A stretch of 64,000 nt of DNA, from assembly GCA_965203805.1 (NCBI GenBank), contig OZ241917.1:5280001-5344000 (forward strand), read 5' to 3'. Each line of letters opens with the position of its first letter. The first letter of the stretch is position 1. Made by a program: the position numbers and the translations under genes. Below are positions 1 through 8,155 of this stretch, piece by piece. The notes under the pieces are model-generated. The model worked only from the letters and a program-made list of their open reading frames with translations, was not told the DNA's origin and searched no databases. This DNA is from Candidatus Latescibacterota bacterium (lineage in GTDB: Bacteria > Latescibacterota > UBA2968 > GCA-2709665).

Positions 1-654
1 CAGCAGAATCCCGCCGATTACCGGCCAGAGGGGGCTTGGCGGGGGGTCCCATCCGCGTTTGGGCCGCGGCCCGAGCGCGAGGTGGATGGGCTTCTTCCCG
101 CGTGCGTTCGCCCGATTCGGGTCGGCGCCTCGATCCAGCAACTCTACGACCCCGTCCACGTGGTGGTTCTCCACGGCCACGTGGAGCGCCGTATCCCCGC
201 TCCTGTTTACCGAGTGGATCCCGGGCGGGGCGGCGTCAAGCAGTTCCCTCATCGCATCGATGTCCCGCCTGCCGGCGGCCTGGCAAAGGAGGATTCCCGA
301 CTCCGTCTCTCCCGAGTGCCTGGACCGCCACGCTTCCATCCCATCGGCAACTTCGGCATGCCCGTGGTGCCGGGCCATGTCGATCGCGGACACGCGCTCC
401 CGGTACGTTATCCGGGTCGGGCTGGCGCCGGCGTCCAGGAGCAGCTTGACCACCTCCAGGCGCCCCTCTCGCGCCGCAAGGTGTATGGCCTGATAGCCCT
501 GTGGACCGTCCCGACGCGCAAGCTCGGGTTCCTTCTCCAGGATGGACCGGACGCGGTCCGCGTCGCCTTCGCGCGCCGCCTTACAGATTCCCGCGACGCC
601 GGCGGATTCATCGTCCCGGGCCGGTCCATTCCTCCGCAGCGTTCTCTTTGCCAT
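1..654 (-). CDS. Ankyrin-repeat protein (3' end runs off window)
   Basis: Absent from the ORF track because it has no stop in the window. Manual translation from ATG 654: MAKRTLRR...QAIHLAAREGRLEVVKLLLDAGASP...GDTALHVAVENHHVDGVVELLDRGADPNRANARGKKPIHLA, which contains canonical ankyrin motifs. Confidence 0.9.
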   Translation of the reverse strand, partial: MAKRTLRRNGPARDDESAGVAGICKAAREGDADRVRSILEKEPELARRDGPQGYQAIHLAAREGRLEVVKLLLDAGASPTRITYRERVSAIDMARHHGHAEVADGMEAWRSRHSGETESGILLCQAAGRRDIDAMRELLDAAPPGIHSVNRSGDTALHVAVENHHVDGVVELLDRGADPNRANARGKKPIHLALGPRPKRGWDPPPSPLWPVIGGILL

Positions 655-719
655 ATCGGGTAATCCCTTGTGGAACCGCCATCGTCGCCGGCCTGGAGGT
701 CCGGTTTGCCAGGCGCCCT

Positions 720-3041
720 TCAGTGTCCGGTCAGATCTGCGGTCTCCACCAGTTTCCACGTCTTTCCGCCGTCCGCGGACATCATCAGCGCGCGGCGGCT
801 TCCCTGGTGGTCGTTCCGGTAGAACCAGTAGGTGGAAAAGTAGTCGTACGACAGAAAGAGCCTTCCTGTTCGGTCGATGGTGAGGCGGTGGTAGAAGACG
901 CTGTATTCCGAGAACGGAGGCACCACAAGGACCTGCGGCTCCTGCCAGGCATCGCCCGCGGGTCGACGCTGATGCGCGAGGGTCGCATAATTGCCGGCCG
1001 GGAAGTAGCTCGTGCCGTTCCACCAGAGCCTGAAGGCCGAATGCAGCGTGTCATCCGGATCGCAGACGAAGCCGATGTAGGTCTGGCGCGCATCCGGCCA
1101 GGCGGCTTCGGAAACGGTCCAGCCGGCGTGCGCGGTGTTCGGAGCCAGCGAGCGGGCATACGGGAAGGGGCGTCCGTGGGTTCCTGACAGGGCGTGCAGA
1201 CAGCCCCGGCTGTCCATGGTGATGCTGGGCGAATTGTGGATATCGTTCGCGGGCGGACCGTAGCCCACCAGCGCGGGCTCGCCCATTTCCCGGGTCTCCC
1301 GGTCGATGGTGGCGACGTAAGTGGGGACGCCCGGAACGTCCTCGTCCGGATCGGTGGCTTCGGCCCAGATGACGTGCACTTTCCCGTCCCTGGAGACCAC
1401 GGAAGCCGGGATGCCGGAATGTTGAGAGAGACCGATGCAGAGATCCGACACCAGAATCGGCTGGCCCATGGACAGCCCGCCGGACGTCTTTTCCGGCAGA
1501 AAGAGTTCCAGGTCGTTGACTTTACGCCAGAAATGGCGTACATCTTCACCGGTACGGGCATAGCGGAGGACGGGCGGCGGGCCGTCGCAGGCGTTGTGGC
1601 CGGTAAACCACTCGATATCAAACGTGAGCGGATGGTCTTCTTTGCCCGCAATCGCGCACGTGGAAAAGGTGAGGCCCTGATCCGCTGAATACAGCAAGTT
1701 GGGTTGACCATTGACATTGGCTACAAGATATAGTAGATTCCCGGAGTCAAAGGCGATCTTCGTGGACGCGGCGCCAAAAACCGCGTTCTCCACGCCCTGT
1801 ACGGAATTCCTGAAATCCGTCGCGGTCCAGGCGCCGTCGCGCAACGTGGCAAGTCCGGTTTCGGTCCGGACGAAGGGCCGGTTGTCCATGTCGAAATAGA
1901 TCTGGTTTTCCACGGGGAGATCGGGCGCGTAACCGAATTGCGCGTTCTCATGTTCGTAAGGTCTGAAAACCAGGGGCAGTTGGATGGGACGCCGGACAGG
2001 TGACGTTCCGGCCCTCAACGTCATCGTCGAATACGTGGAAACCTCGGGAAATCCCTCCGAAGTCGCCCGAAGCCTGCACTGGAGGACGTCGGTCGAAAGG
2101 GGCATGCTGTAGCGGGCGGCGACGCCGGCGCTTTCCATCGGGCCGAGGTCGACGGTGTCCGCGGACAGCCGGACGGGAAAGGTGCCGACCCCGTCGCATT
2201 CGGCATCCAGTCTCACCGTCTGCGGGCGGTTCGAACTGTTCCGGATCGTAAAGTCGATCGAGCCGGACTCCCCGGGGCGGACATACAGGTTCCTGTTGTA
2301 TGGCGTCAGAAGCCAGCGGCAGGGGTGGAGGGGAAAGAAAGAATCCCGGTGCGGGGTCCAATAGGACATATTCGCGTGCGGGTCGTCGTCGCTCCAGCGC
2401 GTGACCCCGTCGATGTGGATTACGGCTTGCTGCGCGGGCAGGTGGAGGCGCCAGGGCGCCGACCGGTGCGTTTCCGCGGCGAATGTCCCGGTGGCGCGCC
2501 CGTTCCGAACTGCCAGGGTATCTGCGAGCCTATCGACCTCGTCGAACACGGACACCGTCTGCACCGTGTCTGGCAGGTCTTCGATTTCAACCGTGAATGC
2601 GCCGGTGGGAGGCAGAAAACAGACGTCACCGGGACATTCCGGAGCCAGCAGGACGACGGGTTCCTGGTGCGCGGCGTCCTTGTGTCCGCGTGACGTCTCG
2701 ATGATGTAGTGCTTGCAGTTGGTCCGAAACGCCCAGACGATCTCCTCGCCGTACCTGTCATTGGAGATGGTGACGTTGAGCTTGTAGATCCCTTTGTGGT
2801 TGACATGCGTCGACAACCGTGTATGTTGAAGCGGTCCCGCGCTGTCGCCCGGCCCGGTATCGGGCAGGGTCACGTCCCGCAGAACCTTCCGGTCGGGCGA
2901 AACCAGAAGCGCGCGCAGGTCCGTGCGGCGGTTGTGGACGTTCCGGTCGCGTTTCTGAAGGTCAATGACAAGCTTACCGGGCTCGGCGAGAAAGTACGCG
3001 CCTCCCGCGCCGCCGATACCCCATCGAATCCTCGAGTCCAT
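720..3041 (-). CDS. BNR-4 repeat (sialidase-like beta-propeller) protein, putative carbohydrate-active enzyme
   Basis: 773 aa. Asp-box motifs YSADQGLTFS and MSADGGKTWK; NDIHNSPSITMDSRGCLH and YSVFYHRLTIDRTGRLFLSY are typical of BNR_4 proteins. Confidence 0.7.
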   Translation of the reverse strand: MDSRIRWGIGGAGGAYFLAEPGKLVIDLQKRDRNVHNRRTDLRALLVSPDRKVLRDVTLPDTGPGDSAGPLQHTRLSTHVNHKGIYKLNVTISNDRYGEEIVWAFRTNCKHYIIETSRGHKDAAHQEPVVLLAPECPGDVCFLPPTGAFTVEIEDLPDTVQTVSVFDEVDRLADTLAVRNGRATGTFAAETHRSAPWRLHLPAQQAVIHIDGVTRWSDDDPHANMSYWTPHRDSFFPLHPCRWLLTPYNRNLYVRPGESGSIDFTIRNSSNRPQTVRLDAECDGVGTFPVRLSADTVDLGPMESAGVAARYSMPLSTDVLQCRLRATSEGFPEVSTYSTMTLRAGTSPVRRPIQLPLVFRPYEHENAQFGYAPDLPVENQIYFDMDNRPFVRTETGLATLRDGAWTATDFRNSVQGVENAVFGAASTKIAFDSGNLLYLVANVNGQPNLLYSADQGLTFSTCAIAGKEDHPLTFDIEWFTGHNACDGPPPVLRYARTGEDVRHFWRKVNDLELFLPEKTSGGLSMGQPILVSDLCIGLSQHSGIPASVVSRDGKVHVIWAEATDPDEDVPGVPTYVATIDRETREMGEPALVGYGPPANDIHNSPSITMDSRGCLHALSGTHGRPFPYARSLAPNTAHAGWTVSEAAWPDARQTYIGFVCDPDDTLHSAFRLWWNGTSYFPAGNYATLAHQRRPAGDAWQEPQVLVVPPFSEYSVFYHRLTIDRTGRLFLSYDYFSTYWFYRNDHQGSRRALMMSADGGKTWKLVETADLTGH

Positions 3042-3411
3042 GGTCTTCGCCTCCGGATGGTCATCGATGCCAGGTATTGGTACAGGTATAGTGTTAGAAG
3101 TATAAGGTTGGGGGCCGTCAATTAAAACGAAAATAAGCCGGGGGCAGGTTCTGCGGATCTGCTATGCGTCGGCCGGCGCCCGGAGTGCTTCGCCCCGTCT
3201 GCTTTCAAACTCAACGTCGGATCTTTGGAACGAAGAAGCGAGTCGCGTAGTCGAAATGTATCGAAGGAACCACGCCTCGTCGTCGGTTCGTCTCCACAGG
3301 TCATAGATTCACAACCTTCACGTAACCGGTCCGTAACGTTGGATATATATATATACTTCATTGCTGATGGTTTTTGTCGCGGTTTGGTGCAGATACATTG
3401 AGGGGGACAAG

Positions 3412-4182
3412 ATGAAGTTCGTGCTGCATCGGTTTGAAGGATCCATCCTGTCGACTCTGGCCGCCCAGCGGAATAAACGCAAGCGCTTTCAACTGCTCCT
3501 TGCGGATCGGCGAACCGGCGTCCAGGTGGAAAAACGGGACAAGAACCCGGAGGCGGACCTGAAGCGGCGATATGGCCAGGTTCTCGGTCTTTCCTTCGCG
3601 CTTTCCGTCGCGTTGCATGCCGGATTTGCCGTTCTGTTTCCAACCCTGGACATTCAGGCCACAACTGGCAAACCGGATCAGATCGTGATTCAGGTCGAGG
3701 ATCTTCCCGAGACCAGGCAGATCACGCGCCCACCTCCGCCGCCCCGTCCGGCTATCCCGATTGAGACGGAAAGCGAAGACGTACCGGACGACGTGACCAT
3801 CGAGACGACCGATCTCGAATTGGAAGAAGTACCGGTGGATCTGCCGCCGCCTCCGACGGCAGAGAGTGAATCCATCCTCCTCGAAGAGGAGGAAATCCTG
3901 GAAGTCTGGAAGGTGGAGCAGAAGCCCAAGCTGATCAGGCGGGCGATCCCTTCATATCCGGATTTTGCGCTGCGTGCCGGCCTGCAGGGATCGGTGATGT
4001 TGAAAGTGCTTCTGGGCAAGGACGGGAAGGCGGAGTCGATCCAGGTGCTGAAAGGCGAGGAGATCTTCCGGAAATCGGCCATAGATGCCGTTGGCAAGTT
4101 CCTGTTCGAGCCGGCGCGCCAGAGCGATCGGCCCGTCAAGGTGTGGCTCGTGATTCCGATACACTTCAAGCTTGAGGAATGA
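3412..4182 (+). CDS. Energy transducer TonB family protein
   Basis: TM anchor (LSFALSVALHAGFAVLF), Pro/acidic linker and TonB_C domain (PSYPDFALRAGLQGSVMLKVLLGKDG...FEPARQSDRPVKVWLVIPIHFKL). RBS AGGGGG precedes ATG 3412. Confidence 0.9.
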   Translation: MKFVLHRFEGSILSTLAAQRNKRKRFQLLLADRRTGVQVEKRDKNPEADLKRRYGQVLGLSFALSVALHAGFAVLFPTLDIQATTGKPDQIVIQVEDLPETRQITRPPPPPRPAIPIETESEDVPDDVTIETTDLELEEVPVDLPPPPTAESESILLEEEEILEVWKVEQKPKLIRRAIPSYPDFALRAGLQGSVMLKVLLGKDGKAESIQVLKGEEIFRKSAIDAVGKFLFEPARQSDRPVKVWLVIPIHFKLEE

Positions 4183-4248
4183 GAGCGGCCCGTCAGGGGA
4201 TTCTCAATCACAACGGGTTCCGGAAAAACCGGAGCCCGTTGTGTGTAC
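4171..4248 (+). repeat. Direct repeat A1: tonB 3' end plus terminator (pairs with 5881-5958)
   Basis: 78-bp colinear match, about 10 mismatches by manual alignment. Confidence 0.9.
4211..4241 (+). terminator. Hairpin terminator downstream of tonB (second copy at 5921-5951)
   Basis: CAACGGGTTCCGG-AAAAA-CCGGAGCCCGTTG inverted repeat. Confidence 0.65.
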
Positions 4249-4298
4249 GTGGGTAGCGGTAAGACGTGAGACGGGAGATGAAAAACCTAAAACCGGTG

Positions 4299-4322
4299 AG
4301 ACGGTAGACGGTAGACGGTAGA
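4299..4322. repeat. Heptamer tandem repeat (AGACGGT)x3
   Basis: agacggt agacggt agacggt aga, preceded by related agacgtg/agacggg units at about 4262-4278. Confidence 0.8.
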
Positions 4323-4677
4323 TGATATCTTTGCCCGATAGGTTCTACGTTTATGCCTCCGGCACAAAATGAAACCGGACGCGGCAGGGGATCTCTACTA
4401 AACTCAATTGTCCGGTAATTTATGCTCTGATTGTTGACGTTCCTACCCCGCTACCACACAGCAGGGGCAGGCAAACTGAATCATGCTCCCCGTCATAAGG
4501 GCGAAACAGGGCACGAAGGCGTAATTTTTTTGTCATTGCAATATGGCGTAAAATCCGTTACATTCGATGATTGAGTGTGGCGTCCCGAGAATGACGTCTC
4601 CTTGCCATCCGTCTCTACGATAACGCGATCTTTCCAGCAGAGACAACCGACAGCTTAAACAGATGCAAACGTAACCC

Positions 4678-5814
4678 ATGGAGTCAGCCTTGTTTACCAG
4701 GATTCGCAGTCTGTTCGTTTTCTCGCTCGTCGCTGCCGTGAGCTGGGGCTGCGTTGCAGATAGTCTGCCCGAAAAGATCGAGATCGGCGTTGCACTCCCG
4801 CTGACCGGCCCGCAGATCTTATACGGCGCGCCGGCGTGGGAAGGCTTCCAGTTCGCACTTGAAGAAATCAACGGTTCATCGATACTCGGGGGCTCAAACA
4901 TCGAGTTCATCAGGGAGGATTCCCGAGGCACGGTCGATGCCGCCACGAAAGCGTTCAATAAACTTATCAAAGAGGACGGTGTGTCCGTCATCCTGGGTCC
5001 CGGTATTTCCACCGTGGCGAAGGAGGTGTTTCCGATCGCTCAACAGAGCGAGGTTCTGGCTTTAAGTTCGACATCGACCGCCGTCGGCCTGAGCGCGATC
5101 GGCGACTATATCTTCCGCACGGGCCTCAACGTCGGCACGCTCGCTCCAGGGGCCGTCAAGGGTACGAAGGAGAAACTGGGGTATCGAAAAGTGGCGATTA
5201 TGGTCGATTCGACCGACGTGTATTCCCTCAGCCTGGACGAGGAATTGCGCAACGCCCTTGCCGAGAACGAGGTCCAGATTCTGACAAGGGAGACTTTTGC
5301 AACGGGCGACACCTTGTTTGCCGACCAGCTGAGCAGAATAATGGCTTTGAAGCCGCAAGCCGTGTTTGTCTCGTGTCTGGCGGCGGAGATGATTCAAGTT
5401 CTGGTCAACGCCCATGAGGTTGGCGTCACTTCGATGATTCCTATGATCATACCTGAACTTTCCCTTGCCGAAGTCAAGAAAGCGGGCGACGCCGCCGAAG
5501 GCGCGATTTCCGTATTGAGTTGGGCAAGCAACGCGTCCACACCCGGGAACCAGGCCTTCGTTGAAAATTATATCGCCAGGTACGGCTACGAACCGCATCC
5601 ATGGGGCGCGATTTCTTACGTCTCGCTGGTTGTTCTCGCCAAAGCAATAGCGGAAACCGGATCGATGGACGCGAGTGAGATCAAACGCGCGATGATCAAT
5701 ACCCGGGAGGTCGATACGATTCTGGGGCGTTTCTCGTTCAATCCCGATGGCGACGCGGTTTACAATCCCATTGTGCTGAAGGTGCGGAACGGCGCCTTTG
5801 AAGTCTTCAAGTAA
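4678..5814 (+). CDS. ABC transporter substrate-binding protein, LivJ/LivK (branched-chain amino acid) family, probable lipoprotein
   Basis: Signal ending in SWGC; IGVALPLTG...G...ALEEIN motif; VILGP; C-terminal GRFSFNPDGD. No permease genes adjacent. Confidence 0.9.
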   Translation: MESALFTRIRSLFVFSLVAAVSWGCVADSLPEKIEIGVALPLTGPQILYGAPAWEGFQFALEEINGSSILGGSNIEFIREDSRGTVDAATKAFNKLIKEDGVSVILGPGISTVAKEVFPIAQQSEVLALSSTSTAVGLSAIGDYIFRTGLNVGTLAPGAVKGTKEKLGYRKVAIMVDSTDVYSLSLDEELRNALAENEVQILTRETFATGDTLFADQLSRIMALKPQAVFVSCLAAEMIQVLVNAHEVGVTSMIPMIIPELSLAEVKKAGDAAEGAISVLSWASNASTPGNQAFVENYIARYGYEPHPWGAISYVSLVVLAKAIAETGSMDASEIKRAMINTREVDTILGRFSFNPDGDAVYNPIVLKVRNGAFEVFK

Positions 5815-5880
5815 GCCAATCCATGGCCCCTGCTGAGATCGTGTAACGGGCGCGACACCGCCGCGCCCGGCCTTGCCCAT

Positions 5881-5958
5881 CTTCAGGAATGAGAGCGGCG
5901 CGTCAGCAGATTATCGAGCGCAACGGGCTCCGGAAAAACCGGAGCCCGTTGTTTGTAC
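5881..5958 (+). repeat. Direct repeat A2: diverged copy of tonB 3' end plus terminator
   Basis: cttcaggaatgagagcggcgcgtcag...caacgggctccggaaaaaccggagcccgttgtttgtac matches 4171-4248. Confidence 0.9.
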
Positions 5959-6104
5959 TGATCGTATTATCAAATGCGCTGCGATAAATTCGCGCCCAAC
6001 CTTTAAATTCCCCTATTTCCTTGCCCTCATATTTGGTTCGACACGAGACGCCTGGTCTTGCTCCCCCTCTCCTGCCGGGAGAGGTTTGCGCCGTCGCTGC
6101 AATT

Positions 6105-6189
6105 GTAGGGGCCTGCCTGCAGCGCCTGTCTGCGTGCTCCGTACAGGCAGGCAGTACGCTGCGCAGGCAGGCAACCCTTGTGGTTGCCC
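6105..6189 (+). repeat. GTAG-type REP interrupted by two nested CCTG...CAGG mini-palindromes
   Basis: Removing 6112-6171 restores GTAGGGGCAACCCTTGTGGTTGCCC. The inner element is at 6125-6151. Confidence 0.85.
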
Positions 6190-6257
6190 ACTGCAGTAAC
6201 GCGGGCATCGCCGATTGATTTCGCCGGTCCGTATCGCTTACCGGTTCTGGCTGATCG

Positions 6258-7343
6258 CTAACGGCTGACTGCTGAAAGCTGCTTTTCCAGGAACCCATAC
6301 GCGAGTTCCCGCTGTGCGTGGGCGAATCCATGTCCCTCTTCGTGAAGGACCTGGCGGTAGTTGGCCGCCGCGCCATATAGCGAAAAGACGCTGGACACGG
6401 CGTCGCCCATGCGCTCGAGGACGGGCCGTGCGAGTCGGGTTTCCTCCAGGCTGTACTGAAAGTCATTGAGCGCGGTGATGTGCATGATGGCGCGGGGCGC
6501 GGCCAGGGCAAGGGTTTCGTGGAGTTCGATCGGGAAGGGCTTGCCGGCCTGACAGTACGGCCTGAGAAAGGGGCGCCCCACCCACCAGCCTGTCCTCGCG
6601 TGATTGAAGGGGTTTTTGGAGAACCGCGCGGGCCAGTCGCCGCAACTCGCGACGCCGGCCGAGATGCGCGGCTCGAGTGCCATCGCGTGGATCGTGATGC
6701 CGCCCCCCTGAGAATGGCCGATGGATCCGACGCGTTGGGCATCGGCCTCCGGGATGGTTTCGAGCAGATCGATCGCCCGGCTCAGGTCCCACAGGTCTTT
6801 CCCGCGGACGGACCATTCCGGGAATTTTTCATAAAAGGGCGCGGTGTCGAAGTCGCGAAGCCCTTCGTATTTGCGTTCGTTGGCGCTCAAAAGGTCGTAC
6901 GCCAGGGTGATGAAGCCGCGCCTGACGAGGTGAAGCGCGTACGCGCGGTCCTGGCCCTTTTCGGTCCGGTCGTTCCCGATGACCTGTTCTCTCCCGAACG
7001 GCGTGGTGGGGTGGATGCAGAGCACGGCAGGGGCCCTGCCGTTCAATCCTTCCGGGATGAGCACGTCAGCGACAATGCGTTCGTCCGGCCCCACGTTGTA
7101 GGCGATGCTTCGCTTGACGTGGTCTCCCTGGCCCGTTTCCGACACAACCTCAACGTCGAGCGGACTGACCTCCGCAGGGCCTCGACCCAGGGTCTGGCGG
7201 AATATCAGCCGCAGCGCATCCGCTTTTGTTTCCCACGCTTCCACCGCTTCGATTGTTGCGATATGAGACGGCCCTCCGCCCATGGTGAGGCCGTCTCCGC
7301 CGCTTCGGATTTCCAGCAGATCGTCGAACGTGATGTCGGCCAT
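6258..7343 (-). CDS. Alpha/beta hydrolase (dienelactone hydrolase / acetyl esterase-like)
   Basis: PAVLCIH, GHSQGG nucleophile elbow, LAAPRA and EGHGF catalytic His. Confidence 0.85.
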   Translation of the reverse strand: MADITFDDLLEIRSGGDGLTMGGGPSHIATIEAVEAWETKADALRLIFRQTLGRGPAEVSPLDVEVVSETGQGDHVKRSIAYNVGPDERIVADVLIPEGLNGRAPAVLCIHPTTPFGREQVIGNDRTEKGQDRAYALHLVRRGFITLAYDLLSANERKYEGLRDFDTAPFYEKFPEWSVRGKDLWDLSRAIDLLETIPEADAQRVGSIGHSQGGGITIHAMALEPRISAGVASCGDWPARFSKNPFNHARTGWWVGRPFLRPYCQAGKPFPIELHETLALAAPRAIMHITALNDFQYSLEETRLARPVLERMGDAVSSVFSLYGAAANYRQVLHEEGHGFAHAQRELAYGFLEKQLSAVSR

Positions 7344-7536
7344 ATGCGACCCCCGATCAGATTGTCTAGATTGTCAGGATGACAGGCGACGTTCATCCTC
7401 GGCTCGTCTTCATGCGGCTGAACACCGCCTGTATTCTCGTCAAGATACAGAATTCCGGCAATATACACGGGTCTCTGGAACTGGCGCAACCGTGAAAAAG
7501 GCCTGGTGATATCAGTTTCCGGATGAATGGAATCCT

Positions 7537-7564
7537 GTAGGGGCGACCGGCCGGTCGTCCCTAC
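7537..7564. repeat. GTAG-type REP hairpin
   Basis: GTAGGGGCGACCGGCCGGTCGTCCCTAC palindrome. Confidence 0.8.
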
Positions 7565-7608
7565 GAATGCAATGGCGGTGAGACCCTCACCCCCGGCCGT
7601 GGAGAAGC

Positions 7609-7632
7609 AGCGATCAGCTCTCAGCCATCAGC
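7609..7632 (+). repeat. AGCnnTC heptamer repeat (related copies at 37985-38008 and 60967-60997)
   Basis: agcgatc agctctc agccatc agc. Confidence 0.7.
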
Positions 7633-8030
7633 TTGAAGCAGAGGCGAAAATCAACTTCAAATTCAAGATCCACATCTCCCCAAATTCCCTGCCTACGGGG
7701 TGTTCCTTTTGAAGCGACCAAAAGGAACCAAAAGTCGCCACTGGGCGTGGGGCCTGCCACAGGCACAGCGCGAACATACTCGCAGGATGCACATCATCCT
7801 CTGCCCTGACACCCGCGGAGGAACATCAAACCACGTTGCTGGACGGAACCGCGCGCTCTGCTCTGGTAGTCCTCTCGAAAAGCGATTTATACGTGCATAC
7901 ATTGGTTTCTTTTAAGCGAGGTGTAAATAGCTATCAACGATAGGCTTTCAGATTAATCAACATCACTTCACGTCGGTGACGTGGAGAGGGGTTTTTCCGT
8001 GTTAATCCGTTCTCCAAATTTGTTATATAT

Positions 8031-8155
8031 TGCCATCGCCGCCGTCAGGGCGGTACCGGTACGCGGGGATCCACCACCGATGCCTCCATCTCGATGAACA
8101 TACGAGGGTTGCATCTCCGCGGGTGATGGCAGGATTGACGGTAGGGGGTGAGGCG
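8031..8155 (+). promoter_or_regulatory. Structured 5' leader with uORFs upstream of ABC-F (putative attenuator)
   Basis: TGCCATCGCC (8031-8040) pairs with GGTGATGGCA (8122-8131); GCGGGGAT (8063-8070) pairs with ATCTCCGC (8113-8120). uORFs MPPSR* (8080-8097) and MNIRGLHLRG* (8094-8126). Confidence 0.5.

Noticed and set aside
36-663. Plus-strand ORFs 36-449, 59-493 and 82-663
   Set aside because: Antisense shadows of the ankyrin gene.
4247-4459. Possible MITE with imperfect terminal inverted repeats (GTGGGTAGCGG...CCGCTACCAC)
   Set aside because: The match is short and gapped, single-copy in the window, with no target duplication.
7700-7915. Small ORFs between the hydrolase and ABC-F genes
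   Set aside because: They overlap REP-like sequence and show no protein-like signal.
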